From a virus (lineage: Duplodnaviria > Caudoviricetes): 64,000 bases of DNA. How positions within the stretch are numbered: the stretch's first letter is position 1; each line of letters opens with the position of its first letter. A program made the position numbers and the translations under genes. The notes under the pieces are model-generated. The model saw only the letters and a program-made list of their open reading frames with translations, was not told where the DNA came from and did not search any database. Positions 35,030 through 44,762 of the stretch are shown here, one piece after another. The stretch lies in the IMG/VR virus record IMGVR_UViG_2772190774_000001, positions 9,673-73,672 of that record; one strand, written 5' to 3'.

Positions 35030-36495
35030 TCCTCACCACCGACCGGCAGAGGCGGCACCACCTCAGGGAGCGGCGCGATGTCCAGCTGCGGTTCGGGGCC
35101 CTGGTCGAACCCGCCGCCCTCCCCGTTCGGCTGGTCCTCCGTGAACCCCCACCCCGTCACCTGCGCGTCCGTGTACCCCGCCTCAAGCAGCGTCTGCCGC
35201 ACCGGGACGCCGGCGTCCTGCTTCGCCTGCACCGCCTGCCAGTATTCGAGGTCCCCGGTGGTCTGCGCGGGCGCCCACTGGATCGTGACTGTGACATCGA
35301 AGCCGAGGATCCTCATTGCGAACTCAAGCGCATCCCGCCACGTCGCGCCGAACGCCCGCTGGTACGCGCCGATCCGCTTCACCAACGGGGCATCGTCAGC
35401 CCTGATGCTCTCGCCGGACGGCGTGTCCCCGGACGGGTCGAACCACCGCATCGGCGTCGTCGTCGTCGCCGCCATCAGCCGCATGAACTGGCCCTGCGGC
35501 TTCAGGAACGCGTCCGGGTCCGCCGGGGCGAACTGCCCCACGCTCTTGTAGTTCCGCAGGATCCACATGCTTCCGGGGGCGGCGACCATCTGCGACGGGC
35601 GGTCTTCCGGGTCCGATTCGGTGTCGTCGCCCCAGTCCAGGTCGTCATCCTCCGACGCTCCCGGGTCGAGCAGGCCGTACCGCTGCGGGAACGCCGCGAA
35701 GTCCGACGCGGCCATCTGGTTCGTGATGAGCTTCGTCAACGCGTCCTGCGGACCGTACGCGTTCTTGTGGACCGGCCGGCCGTAGGGGCGGTGCGTGCGG
35801 AAGTGGAAGAACGGGATCCGGCCGTACTCGTTGGGGATGTGCCCGTTCTCGTCGGTGAAGTCGTCCACGAACGGCTCGAAGTCCAGCCCGGTCAGGGCGT
35901 CCTCGGACTTCTTGCCGGCGTCCTTCTTCGTCACCCACTTCTCGAAGTGATCCGCGTAGTACAGGTTGACCCGGGTCCGCTTGTCCTCGCCGACGCCCTC
36001 GCACCACGCCTTGATGACCAGCCTTGGGAGGCGGGGGTTCTCCTCGTCGTAGATGACCCGCACCGACAGCGGCGAGTTGTAGAACACGTGGACGCCGTCA
36101 ACGTGGGCGACGGGTTCCCCGTGCTCGTCGGTGTCGCTGCTGGAGTCCGAGGGCCACACGAACAGGTACCCGTCGCCGTACGTCAGGGCGTTGTCGTGGA
36201 TCTGCGGCGCCTCGATATCCAACTCGTTGGGTTCCCACACCTGCTCTATGAGGGTGGCGGTGTGCTCGTCGGGCTCGCAGACAACGGCGGCGATCTCCAA
36301 CCGGTCAAGCACCGCGTCCACCGGGCGGGCAGCCAGGTTCACGTGGAAGTCCTGGGAGCCGCCCTTGAGCAGGCGCTGAATATCCGAGGACGGGAACTTC
36401 TCGGGGGCATCGCCTTCCCGGTACATCTCCGCCTGGTCATACGCCGGCCGAGCGTTGCGGAGTTCGGCGTATGCGGGGATCAGGTCCTCAATCAC
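35026..36495 (-). CDS. portal protein (SPP1 gp6-like)
   Basis: 489 aa; AAFPQRY, SGESIRADDAPL. Confidence 0.92.
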   Translation of the reverse strand: MIEDLIPAYAELRNARPAYDQAEMYREGDAPEKFPSSDIQRLLKGGSQDFHVNLAARPVDAVLDRLEIAAVVCEPDEHTATLIEQVWEPNELDIEAPQIHDNALTYGDGYLFVWPSDSSSDTDEHGEPVAHVDGVHVFYNSPLSVRVIYDEENPRLPRLVIKAWCEGVGEDKRTRVNLYYADHFEKWVTKKDAGKKSEDALTGLDFEPFVDDFTDENGHIPNEYGRIPFFHFRTHRPYGRPVHKNAYGPQDALTKLITNQMAASDFAAFPQRYGLLDPGASEDDDLDWGDDTESDPEDRPSQMVAAPGSMWILRNYKSVGQFAPADPDAFLKPQGQFMRLMAATTTTPMRWFDPSGDTPSGESIRADDAPLVKRIGAYQRAFGATWRDALEFAMRILGFDVTVTIQWAPAQTTGDLEYWQAVQAKQDAGVPVRQTLLEAGYTDAQVTGWGFTEDQPNGEGGGFDQGPEPQLDIAPLPEVVPPLPVGGEE

Positions 36496-37550
36496 AGGGC
36501 GCTGGTCTCCTCGCTCGGGCGGTAGCCGTACCGCGAGCGGTCGGCCGTCAGGGTGGAGGCAATCGCCGCGGCGGCCACCATCGGCCAGTCGCCCGCCTCA
36601 GCGGCCTGGTCTGTCACATCCACTGCGGAGCCCCACACACTGCCGCGGTCTCCCGGCTTCGTCGGAATGCCCGGACGGGCCGACCAATCGACACTCCAGC
36701 CGTACGACTTCCGGCCCCGGCGGCGGCCGAAGGCCCGACGCTGCAACTGGAGCTCGACGTCGTGGTCGTCACCGTGTGGCATCCGTACGGTGACCATGAG
36801 CGGGTCTCCGACGTCGGTGTAGTCGTACCGCTTGGGGCCGAGGATTCGTTCGGCGAGGTCGAGGTTGATGGAGCCGCGCATCCACCAGGGATCCGAGATG
36901 GACGATTCGTCACGTCGCGCCCAAAGTTGCCAGCGGATGCGCCAGTCGTCCACGTCGAGGCTGATCACTCGGGAGTGGTAGCCCTTGGGGACGAGGCGGC
37001 GCTGCAGCCATGTGCCGAACCGCTCGGTGTGCAGGTAGAGCGCACCGAAGGGCCAGATGCGCAGACTCGCGGCCAGGGTGTTCTCCGACCCGGCATTGCC
37101 GACCTTGACCTCGAAGCCGAACAGGCCGAAGGTCTTGCCGAGGATGAGCTGTCCGCCGATCCCCCCCTTGGGTGAGGTGGGCCATGGTCCGGGCGGTGTG
37201 TGGCGGGTCTTCACATCCTTCATCGCGGCGAGTAGTTCGGGGCCACGGAGGTTTTCCCAACCCACGCGGATGCCGTCGAACGGGCCGGCGTACGGCTGCC
37301 CGACCGCCCACTGTTCCGGGTCGAGGTTGCCCTGCGGGTCCGGCCGCACGCCGCACCGGTCGCAGCACACCCATCGGGCGGCGTCCAGGCCAGGCCGGTG
37401 CGGGCCGTAGCCGTCAACGACCGGCTTGTGGCGGCGGAGCAGGCGGCAGACGAGCATCACTCTGGGCAGGTCGTTGAGCCAGAAGCCGCGGTTGACGATC
37501 TGGCCGCGGTGTGGGTCGTCCTTGCGGTAGTCGACGGAGTGCGCGTACAT
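36492..37550 (-). CDS. uncharacterised Trp/Arg-rich protein between terL and portal (352 aa)
   Basis: start and stop overlap both neighbours. Confidence 0.75.
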   Translation of the reverse strand: MYAHSVDYRKDDPHRGQIVNRGFWLNDLPRVMLVCRLLRRHKPVVDGYGPHRPGLDAARWVCCDRCGVRPDPQGNLDPEQWAVGQPYAGPFDGIRVGWENLRGPELLAAMKDVKTRHTPPGPWPTSPKGGIGGQLILGKTFGLFGFEVKVGNAGSENTLAASLRIWPFGALYLHTERFGTWLQRRLVPKGYHSRVISLDVDDWRIRWQLWARRDESSISDPWWMRGSINLDLAERILGPKRYDYTDVGDPLMVTVRMPHGDDHDVELQLQRRAFGRRRGRKSYGWSVDWSARPGIPTKPGDRGSVWGSAVDVTDQAAEAGDWPMVAAAAIASTLTADRSRYGYRPSEETSAL

Positions 37551-39106
37551 CACGCCGCCCCCTTCACGTAGCTGGTGGTGGTCGCCCCGGCCTTGGGCCG
37601 CTGACGGTCGAGGAAAAATCTGACGCCCGCGCCTATCGCGTCGATCAGGTCGTCGTTGAGCACGTCGGGGAACGCGCACATCTGCTCCTCCGCCTCCGGC
37701 AGAGGGACGGCGTGCAACACCCGGCCACGCTGGTAGTGGTTCAGCAGCCACGTCGCCCGCACCTTCTTGGGCGCGGACTCGGTGTGCACCAGCAACTTGA
37801 CCGGCAGGTCATGCAGCACGGCGCGCCACGTCTGGCCGCCTTGGTTGACCTCGATCCGCACCGCCCCGATCTCCGGGAACGTCTGCAGGATCTCCAGCAC
37901 CTTCGTGCGGAGCTTCTCCGGCGACATGCGGAACGCCCTCGCGTACCGGACGGCGCAGCGCGGTAGATGCCCGTCCCGGCCCGGCTCGTACGCAACGACC
38001 GCCAGCGCGTGGAAGTCCGAGGTCCGCTTGTCCGTCACAGCCGGGTCGATCTGCAGCAGGACCTTCGTGGCTTCCACGTCGCCGTAGGCGAAGTCCTCCG
38101 GCGTCCAGTAGTCGCCGTCCTCGTTGACCGGCATGTTCTTGAACGACTTCGCGAACGCCCTGGTGTGCGCGATGGACTCCAGGTGTTCGGTGCTCCACCG
38201 TCCCGGCCATAGCGAACGCCGGGTGCCGTCTGGCAGGTCGACCAGCGGCGGGAAGTATGTGACCTGGATCTTCTGCTCGGTGAGCCACGGGGCGGGCGGG
38301 CCTGGTTCGGTGACCGCCTTGACGCATTGGTGCAGGATCCCGTTCGGCAGGTTAACGGTCCCGATCAACCTCAGGTGGGCGCGGTCATTCATCGGCATGA
38401 TCCCGTCGAGGACCGTGATGAGGCGTTTCTTCGCCTGGTAGGCGGAGTAGCCCGCGCCTTCCTCGCCTTCGATGTCGTCGAGCAGCAGCATGTCGGGGCG
38501 GCGGTTCTCGGGGTCGACCAGGCCGAGGACTTCCGTATCGATGCCTCTCGCGGCGAAGCTGAAGCCTGACTTGGTGTGAAGCATCGACTGCGAGTCCGCG
38601 ACCGGTGTGCCGTTCGCCTTACGCGCCGGCGTCGCAAGGTCGGGGTAGTCGGCGCGCAGGAGCTTGTTCGTCTGCAGCTCCCTGCGCAGACCAGCCAAAT
38701 GGTCCTGGGCCTGCGTGGCTGAGCTGGAGAACGCGGCGACGAAGCGGATCCACCCGTGCGCGGCAGCCCACAAGGGGATCGCGAGGAACAGGGTGGTGCT
38801 CTTCCCGGACCCGCGCGGCGCGACGTAGGCGCGGCGGGACTCTTGGGGGCCTGGTTCGCGGACGAGTTCGAGGGCGTCGCGGTACAGCTCAAGGTGAACG
38901 TCGCCGAAGGTGAGTTGCCCGTCGGGGGATTTGAGCAGGTGGGGAACATACATGATCGCCCACAGCATCGGATCCAGCCGGGTCAGGACACGGCGGCCCT
39001 CGCTGGACTCCAGCAGCCGGGGGTTGATGCGGCTGAGGTAGGCGTCGAGGTCGAACGTGCCAGCGTCGTACGGCTGGCCGTTGTCGTCGCAGAGGTAGCC
39101 GGTCAT
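37550..39106 (-). CDS. terL: terminase large subunit
   Basis: Walker A APRGSGKST, LLLDDIE, IDPA, NDDLIDA nuclease acidic residues. Confidence 0.95.
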   Translation of the reverse strand: MTGYLCDDNGQPYDAGTFDLDAYLSRINPRLLESSEGRRVLTRLDPMLWAIMYVPHLLKSPDGQLTFGDVHLELYRDALELVREPGPQESRRAYVAPRGSGKSTTLFLAIPLWAAAHGWIRFVAAFSSSATQAQDHLAGLRRELQTNKLLRADYPDLATPARKANGTPVADSQSMLHTKSGFSFAARGIDTEVLGLVDPENRRPDMLLLDDIEGEEGAGYSAYQAKKRLITVLDGIMPMNDRAHLRLIGTVNLPNGILHQCVKAVTEPGPPAPWLTEQKIQVTYFPPLVDLPDGTRRSLWPGRWSTEHLESIAHTRAFAKSFKNMPVNEDGDYWTPEDFAYGDVEATKVLLQIDPAVTDKRTSDFHALAVVAYEPGRDGHLPRCAVRYARAFRMSPEKLRTKVLEILQTFPEIGAVRIEVNQGGQTWRAVLHDLPVKLLVHTESAPKKVRATWLLNHYQRGRVLHAVPLPEAEEQMCAFPDVLNDDLIDAIGAGVRFFLDRQRPKAGATTTSYVKGAA

Positions 39107-39209
39107 CGGCGCCCTCCGGCGGGGTGGAGGCGAGCCGTGCTCACCGTTCCGCGCCTGGTTGTGGTGGTCATGTGGTCTCGCCTCCCCTCGTGCTCGTCGT
39201 GGCTGGTGG

Positions 39210-39548
39210 TTAGCGCGCCTCGGCGGTGGCCGGGCTGACGTGCATGCGCATGATGAATCCGACCAGCGCCGCCAGCGCGCCGTTGACCAGCCCGACCTGC
39301 TCCGGCGACAGGTCCAGGCCGAAGCCGACACCGAGGGCGAGCAGGGCCTGGATGGCGCCCATGAGCAGCGGGACGGGGAACGGGCGGACCGCCACGGCGG
39401 CGACGAGCGCGACCACAGCGGCGGCTGCGCCGTTGATGAGGCCGACCTGCTCACCGGTGATGCTCAGGCCGAGGCCGACGGCGAGGGCGATGACGGTCTG
39501 AATGAGGCTGAGCCACAGGGCGGGCTCGCGGCCGAGGATGTTCTTCAT
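39210..39548 (-). CDS. holin (internally duplicated 4-TM)
   Basis: REPALWL N-terminus; two copies of G(L/F)GLx(I/L)xxEQVGL(I/V)NGA. Confidence 0.85.
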   Translation of the reverse strand: MKNILGREPALWLSLIQTVIALAVGLGLSITGEQVGLINGAAAAVVALVAAVAVRPFPVPLLMGAIQALLALGVGFGLDLSPEQVGLVNGALAALVGFIMRMHVSPATAEAR

Positions 39549-39603
39549 GGGTGGTGGCCCCTCCTTGGGGGACAGCCCGCCGGGGTGGCGGGAGGCTCAG
39601 GGG

Positions 39604-40110
39604 TCAGCGGACGTAGTAGCCGTTGTCGAAGTCGTAGGTGAACGAGGTGACGTTCGCCCCGTCCGCCTTATCGACGTAGACGGTGTCGCCGCCGTTGTTC
39701 AGGAAGTGGCCGTTGTAGCCCCGCTTGAAGTCCATGTAGTAGACCTGCGTCGCGTTCTGGGCGGTCTTGTCGACGCCGTTCGACGGGGTGACGATGACCA
39801 GGCCCCCGGCCTTCACGACGGTGGTCTCCGAGCCCTTCGCGCCAGGGAAGGTGTAGGCGTTGCCCCACTGGCCTTCGGCGTTCTTGTACGTGTCGTGGAC
39901 GGTCCACCCGGAGATGTCCAGCGGGGTGGTGGCGGGGTTCTCCAGGTAGATGGCTTCCTGCCACCTGTTGGCGAGGGTGTCGGCGCCCATCGCGTTGTAG
40001 TTGACGCGGGTGATGTCCAGAGCCGGAGTGGAGGGCTCGCCGGCGGCCGACGCCGGGGCGGCGAGGCCGACCACGGCGAGCAGGGCGGCGGGGATCGCGA
40101 GTCGTTTCAT
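39604..40110 (-). CDS. secreted lamin-tail-domain (LTD) protein
   Basis: signal peptide ending APASA; EAIYLEN..LDISGWTV..YTFP; LNNGGDTV. Confidence 0.85.
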   Translation of the reverse strand: MKRLAIPAALLAVVGLAAPASAAGEPSTPALDITRVNYNAMGADTLANRWQEAIYLENPATTPLDISGWTVHDTYKNAEGQWGNAYTFPGAKGSETTVVKAGGLVIVTPSNGVDKTAQNATQVYYMDFKRGYNGHFLNNGGDTVYVDKADGANVTSFTYDFDNGYYVR

Positions 40111-40143
40111 GGGTGGTTTCCTCTGTTCGCTGGTAGCGGCGGG

Positions 40144-40968
40144 TTATGACTCCGCCCCGGGGTCGACGGCGAGGCGGACGGTCACCCCCTCGATCTCCGC
40201 CTTGATGCGGCCCATCAGGGCGTCCACGTCGATCGGGGTGTCGGAGCGGACCGCGGTCAGGAGCTCGCGGATGACGGCGTCCTGCGCGTGGAGGACGGTG
40301 AGGATCTCCCTGTTCCGGGCGTAGCCGTCCTTGGTGTAGGCCCAGATCTGCCGGAACGCGGTGCGGGGGTCGATCTTCTGGCCGACGTCGAGGATGCCTT
40401 CGCGGGCGGCCCACACGTCGTCGGGGATGGTGTGGGTGAATCGGTCGTAGACGGCGTCGGCGATCTCCTTGGCAGACGGCATGTCGTCTCCTTCGTAATC
40501 AGGGTTGAAGAAGCCAGCGACCACCTCAGGGCCGCGGATTCGGCGCAGGACGGCGCCAGTACCGCCGCCGGTGTTCGCCTCGATGGTCTGGATGCGGCCG
40601 TCGGGCAGGACCCGCTCGATGAGGCCGACGTGGTCGATCTGGCCGATGGAGTTGCTGCCGTCCCAGTCGAAGAACACCACCGCGGCGGGCTTGGCGTAGC
40701 GCTTGATGTTGTCGGCGGTGCCCGAGTGCCAGCGGCCGATGTCCTTGGCGTCCTGGGCGTGCCACACCGTGAACGCGCGGTCCCCGTTCGGGAGGACCGC
40801 GGCGGCGTTGCCGCTCTTGTGTCCCCATTCGGTGATGCCCTGGTCGCACCAGGGCGCGTTGAGGTACTCGTTGCCGTGCTTCTTGGCGTAGGCCCGTGTG
40901 ATCCAGTTCGGGCGGCCGGTGAGTCCGAGGTCAGCGCGGGCGGCGGCGAGCATCTTCGCGGCGGTCAC
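40144..40968 (-). CDS. endolysin, CHAP domain
   Basis: PWCD catalytic Cys, DHVG His, TIEANT. Confidence 0.9.
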   Translation of the reverse strand: MTAAKMLAAARADLGLTGRPNWITRAYAKKHGNEYLNAPWCDQGITEWGHKSGNAAAVLPNGDRAFTVWHAQDAKDIGRWHSGTADNIKRYAKPAAVVFFDWDGSNSIGQIDHVGLIERVLPDGRIQTIEANTGGGTGAVLRRIRGPEVVAGFFNPDYEGDDMPSAKEIADAVYDRFTHTIPDDVWAAREGILDVGQKIDPRTAFRQIWAYTKDGYARNREILTVLHAQDAVIRELLTAVRSDTPIDVDALMGRIKAEIEGVTVRLAVDPGAES

Positions 40969-41108
40969 TGGTCGTCCTCGCCGTCGGAGGTGCCGCGGTA
41001 GATGCCGTCGGCGTCGGGCGGGCCATACAGCTGCCGCAGGATGGCCTCTTCGTCGTCCTCGGTGGGCCCGGCGCCGCGGGCGGGTTCGGAGGGCATGGGG
41101 CTGGTCAT
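40965..41108 (-). CDS. small acidic protein coupled to the endolysin (47 aa)
   Basis: GAGG RBS; GTGA overlap. Confidence 0.6.
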   Translation of the reverse strand: MTSPMPSEPARGAGPTEDDEEAILRQLYGPPDADGIYRGTSDGEDDQ

Positions 41109-41158
41109 GCGTCACCTCGCGGTGCTCGTGTCGATCCCCCAGACGGGAGGTGGTCGGA

Positions 41159-41353
41159 ATGGCCATGAAGCGGAAGCCGCGGCTGGGCAGCGGAAAGCGG
41201 TTCGCTTCGTTGACGAAGTCCCTGAGGTCGCGTGGGGTGAAGAACCCCAAGGCGTTGGCCGCGGCAATCGGCAGGAAGAAGTTCGGGGCGAAAAAGATGA
41301 GCGCGATGGCGGCGGCTGGTCGCCGGCGTGCGGCCAAGCGGCGGGGGCGCTGA
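41159..41353 (+). CDS. very basic small protein, probably nucleic-acid binding (64 aa)
   Basis: GGAGG RBS; MAMKRKPRLGSGKRF...KALAAAIGRKKFG. Confidence 0.8.
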   Translation: MAMKRKPRLGSGKRFASLTKSLRSRGVKNPKALAAAIGRKKFGAKKMSAMAAAGRRRAAKRRGR

Positions 41354-41355
41354 CA

Positions 41356-41604
41356 TCAGCCGACCTCAAGCCGTGTCTGCGAGATGAGGCAGGCGACGGC
41401 CCCGCAATCGGCGGCGAACCGTTGGAACTGCTCGAACTCGTCGTCGGGTAGGCCGCCGGCCCCGGACAGGATGAGGGCGAACCCGCCGCCGGGCAGGGGC
41501 AGCGTGTGCAGGCGGGGCGGGTCAACGTGGGCGGTGAGGGGGACGCCGGCGAGCGGGGACGGCTCAGCGTCAGCGAGCGGAGACCAGGGGCCGTGGTCGT
41601 TCAC
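41356..41604 (-). CDS. hypothetical protein (82 aa)
   Basis: GTGA overlap with terS. Confidence 0.6.
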   Translation of the reverse strand: MNDHGPWSPLADAEPSPLAGVPLTAHVDPPRLHTLPLPGGGFALILSGAGGLPDDEFEQFQRFAADCGAVACLISQTRLEVG

Positions 41605-42143
41605 TGGGCTTCGCCTCGGAGTCGGGCCTCTTCCACCTTCGCCTTGGCCTGCGCCTCCCGGATCATCTGCGCGAGTTCGATGTCCGCCGGGTCCACGGTG
41701 GTGACCTGAGCGTCGACCTTCACCGCGGCGTCCAGGCCCAACAGCTTGGACCGGCGCTCGGCGAGGCGGACGAGGGTGCCGATGGCTTGAAGGATCGGGG
41801 CGTGGTCGGGGATGGGTTCGCCGTTTTCGTCGCGGACGACTTTGCCGTGCTGGACGACGATGTGCCGGGCGGTGAGCACGGCGTAGGCCTTGGCGGTGAG
41901 GTCGTCCAGGCGGTCCAGTTCGACGGCGCGGTATTGGTCGGCGAGGGGGTCCACGCGTTCGGCCATGTAGGTGGCGATGCGTTTGTGGACGGTGCCGATG
42001 GAGATGCCGAGCTGCTCGCCGATCTGCCGGAGGGTTGCGCCGGCGAGGCGAAGTTCGTACGCCTGGGCGGCCTGCTCGGCTGTGACCGCGCTGTTGGTTT
42101 TCTTGCGTGCGGCGTCGGTTTGCTGGCGGGTGTTGCGGGACAT
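41601..42143 (-). CDS. terS: terminase small subunit
   Basis: N-terminal HTH, oligomerisation helices, ERRSKLLGLDA. Confidence 0.85.
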   Translation of the reverse strand: MSRNTRQQTDAARKKTNSAVTAEQAAQAYELRLAGATLRQIGEQLGISIGTVHKRIATYMAERVDPLADQYRAVELDRLDDLTAKAYAVLTARHIVVQHGKVVRDENGEPIPDHAPILQAIGTLVRLAERRSKLLGLDAAVKVDAQVTTVDPADIELAQMIREAQAKAKVEEARLRGEAQ

Positions 42144-42256
42144 CCGTCCTCCTGGTCGTCCGACCCGGGGCGAAGGCTTGTCCCCTGTCCAGGGGGTGGG
42201 CCTTTCGGGAGGGAGATCGACGCCAGGAGGCGGGGACGTTCAGGCGGGGAAAAGCG

Positions 42257-42290
42257 AAGCGCCCCACTCCCTGACGGGGGTGGGGCGCTT
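42257..42290. terminator. terminator hairpin at the early/late boundary
   Basis: AAGCGCCCCAC...GTGGGGCGCTT. Confidence 0.7.
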
Positions 42291-42299
42291 CTGTCGTGT

Positions 42300-42509
42300 C
42301 TAGGCCTGCGGCTGGTATGGGCAATGGCAGATGCAGTCACAACCGTAGGTGTCCAGTGGATCCGTGTAGCCGCTGCACCCCTCGTGGTCGCCGTCGTCGC
42401 AGTGCCCATCATGCGGGAGATTCCAGACGCAGACCTTTGAGTGGCAGCGGCGGCAGAGCCCAGGCGTGCTGCCGTGCTCGCACCTTCCCACGGTGAGCGG
42501 AGTCGTCAT
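42300..42509 (-). CDS. Cys/His-rich small protein (69 aa)
   Basis: GGAGG RBS; 9 Cys. Confidence 0.65.
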   Translation of the reverse strand: MTTPLTVGRCEHGSTPGLCRRCHSKVCVWNLPHDGHCDDGDHEGCSGYTDPLDTYGCDCICHCPYQPQA

Positions 42510-42578
42510 GGTGTCCTCCGGTTGTAGGGACTGCCCCATCTCCCGCCGTTGGAGAGGGGCGCTCTCGTTGCGCCTGGC

Positions 42579-43250
42579 TCAGTTCAAGGCATGCTCGAAC
42601 ATCTCCACGAGGACGACGCCGCGTCGCTCCCTCGCGTTGATGTCCATGTCGTTACGCACGATGGTGCGCAGCAGGTGCATCACCGCGACCGGGTAACGCG
42701 CGTTGTCGACGGTCCCGAGCCGGACCAGGTCCATCAGCCCACGCACGTCGGCGACTCCGGTCTGCTGGACACGGCGCTGCAGCGCCAAGCCGATGCGGAG
42801 TACCTCACCGGGGTGCGCGGCTTTCTCGACCTGCGGCCACAGGGTGCGGCGGAGCGAGTCGAGAAGGGTCTCCGTCTGCTCGTCCCAAAGCTGATCGGCG
42901 TCGCGCATGCCGGCGATGATGCCGCGGGCGGCGAGGTTGGCGGCGAGCAGGGGAATGCCGAGGTACGCGGCCTGCCATCCCTCAGCCCGGAAGCGTTCGC
43001 CGATCGCGACGGCGGCTTCGACGTACGCCTGGCGGATGTCCTCGCCACGGTCGTACGCCGCGTCGGTCTTGTCGGCCTCGATCGCGGCTGACGCCAGCAG
43101 ATTGGCGCCGTAGGAGAACGCGCTGTCCGCCGTGTTGAGCTCGTACGGCACGACCCATGACGGGAGGTCGTCGCGTTTGGTGATCCAGTCGCGGATGCTG
43201 CGGTTCTCGTGGGCGGTGTAGAGCGGCTCGGTGATGTCGAAGTAATGCAT
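42579..43250 (-). CDS. hypothetical helical protein (223 aa)
   Basis: GAAGGA RBS. Confidence 0.75.
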   Translation of the reverse strand: MHYFDITEPLYTAHENRSIRDWITKRDDLPSWVVPYELNTADSAFSYGANLLASAAIEADKTDAAYDRGEDIRQAYVEAAVAIGERFRAEGWQAAYLGIPLLAANLAARGIIAGMRDADQLWDEQTETLLDSLRRTLWPQVEKAAHPGEVLRIGLALQRRVQQTGVADVRGLMDLVRLGTVDNARYPVAVMHLLRTIVRNDMDINARERRGVVLVEMFEHALN

Positions 43251-43304
43251 GGGGCGTCCTTCCCGGCGCCGCCCCCCGGCTGCGGGGGCGGCGCCCAAGG
43301 GTGG

Positions 43305-44222
43305 TCAGGTGGAGGGCAGGAGCTTGGCGAACGTGGAGCGGCCCATGCCGAGCCATGCGGCGGCCTCGGTCTGGTTGCCGTCGTGCGCCAGCTCGACCAC
43401 GCGGGCGGCCTGGCTTCGGTGCGCGCGGAGCTGTGGGGCGACGGTCAGGCGCAGCAGGTCGGAGATCGCCGCCGCGGTGTGGACGACCTCAGCGGCCTCG
43501 TCCATGACCCGGTCGGCTCGGTGGAACCGCTGGCCCATGTCGCCGTCGAACCACGGCACCTTCGGCGGGGTGAGGGCGCCGGCGATCGCGCGGGCGGCTC
43601 GGGCGGCGACGATGACCGGCGGCTGCTCGACCTCGCACACCTCGTCCTCGCCGGCGGCGTAGGCCCATTCGGCGACCTGCGCGTGGTCGAGTTCGGTCCA
43701 CGTCTCGCGGTAGCCGTCGCGGAGGGTGCGGGTGTGCATGACGTACCGGCCGCCCGGGGTGCGCCACAGAGAGGACGCGGTGCTGCTCTCGCTGTACTCC
43801 AGGGGCTTCTCGTCGATGAGCTGGACGGACTTGGCCTGGTCGAACCACCAGGCGTCCTGCCAGCCGGTCTCGGCCTCCCCCTGGTAGTCGGTCTCGGACG
43901 GGAGCAGTCGGCCGGTCCAGGTGCCGGTGACGACCTGGGGGTTGGTGCCCTCGGCGGGGTCGCCGTAGGTGCCGTTCTCGTCGGGGATGCGGTGGTCCTC
44001 GCTCGTGGCGAGGGCTTCGGCGTCGTCCTCGTCCAGCTCGTCGCCGTCCATCCAGCCGTAGGTGTCGGCCTTGGTCATGCCGACCAGGGCGGAGTCCTGG
44101 CGGCGCCCGGCCCAGGTGGCGACCTCCCACCCATCGCTGGTGAGGACGATGCCGGTCTCGTCGGCTCGCCCGTGGTGCTCGGCCAGCTCAGTGACAGTGT
44201 CGGCGGTGATGTTCCAGTTCAC
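43305..44222 (-). CDS. acidic protein with C-terminal HTH (305 aa)
   Basis: GNQTEAAAWLGMGRSTFAKLL. Confidence 0.8.
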   Translation of the reverse strand: MNWNITADTVTELAEHHGRADETGIVLTSDGWEVATWAGRRQDSALVGMTKADTYGWMDGDELDEDDAEALATSEDHRIPDENGTYGDPAEGTNPQVVTGTWTGRLLPSETDYQGEAETGWQDAWWFDQAKSVQLIDEKPLEYSESSTASSLWRTPGGRYVMHTRTLRDGYRETWTELDHAQVAEWAYAAGEDEVCEVEQPPVIVAARAARAIAGALTPPKVPWFDGDMGQRFHRADRVMDEAAEVVHTAAAISDLLRLTVAPQLRAHRSQAARVVELAHDGNQTEAAAWLGMGRSTFAKLLPST

Positions 44223-44249
44223 GATCGGCTCCTGTTCGTTCAGAGGGGA

Positions 44250-44762
44250 TCAGAGGGCGGCGATGGCGGCGCGGATGCCGGAGAAGATGGCCTCGGCGAT
44301 CTCGTCGCGGGTCATGGTGCGGGGGTCGCTGTTGCCCCACTGGATGTAGACCTTGCCGTCGGTGACGTCGAAGTAGACCTTGTAGACGGCGCTGGCGAGG
44401 CGGTAGGCCTCGCTGTTGGAGATCGACTCGCCGTTCAGGGTGGCGGAGGAGATGTTGCCGCTGCGGTAGTGCTCGATCTCCAGACCGAGGTACTTCGTCC
44501 AGCCGTTGATGTAGATGCGGTCCTTGCCGCCCTTGGTCCAGCGGCTGCCGCCGATGGCGGTGATGGTGTCGATGGTGAACGCGACCAGCTTGGCTGGCTT
44601 GCGGATGCCGAGGGCGATGCGGCGGGCGAGGGACGCGGCCTCGATGACCCAGCGGCCGGCGGTCTTGGTGGCGGCGACGGCGCCGCGGCGGCACCAGGTG
44701 CGGATGGTGGCGATGGAGACGCCGGCCTGCTGTGCGGCGATGGTGGCGGTGAGAGTGGTCAT
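44250..44762 (-). CDS. MerR/Xis-type HTH fused to an unknown domain (170 aa)
   Basis: AAQQAGVSIATIRTWCRRGAV..GRWVI. Confidence 0.8.
   Translation of the reverse strand: MTTLTATIAAQQAGVSIATIRTWCRRGAVAATKTAGRWVIEAASLARRIALGIRKPAKLVAFTIDTITAIGGSRWTKGGKDRIYINGWTKYLGLEIEHYRSGNISSATLNGESISNSEAYRLASAVYKVYFDVTDGKVYIQWGNSDPRTMTRDEIAEAIFSGIRAAIAAL

Noticed and set aside
39103-39171. 22-aa ORF coupled to the terL start
   Set aside because: It has an RBS and an ATGA overlap but is too short and featureless to support.
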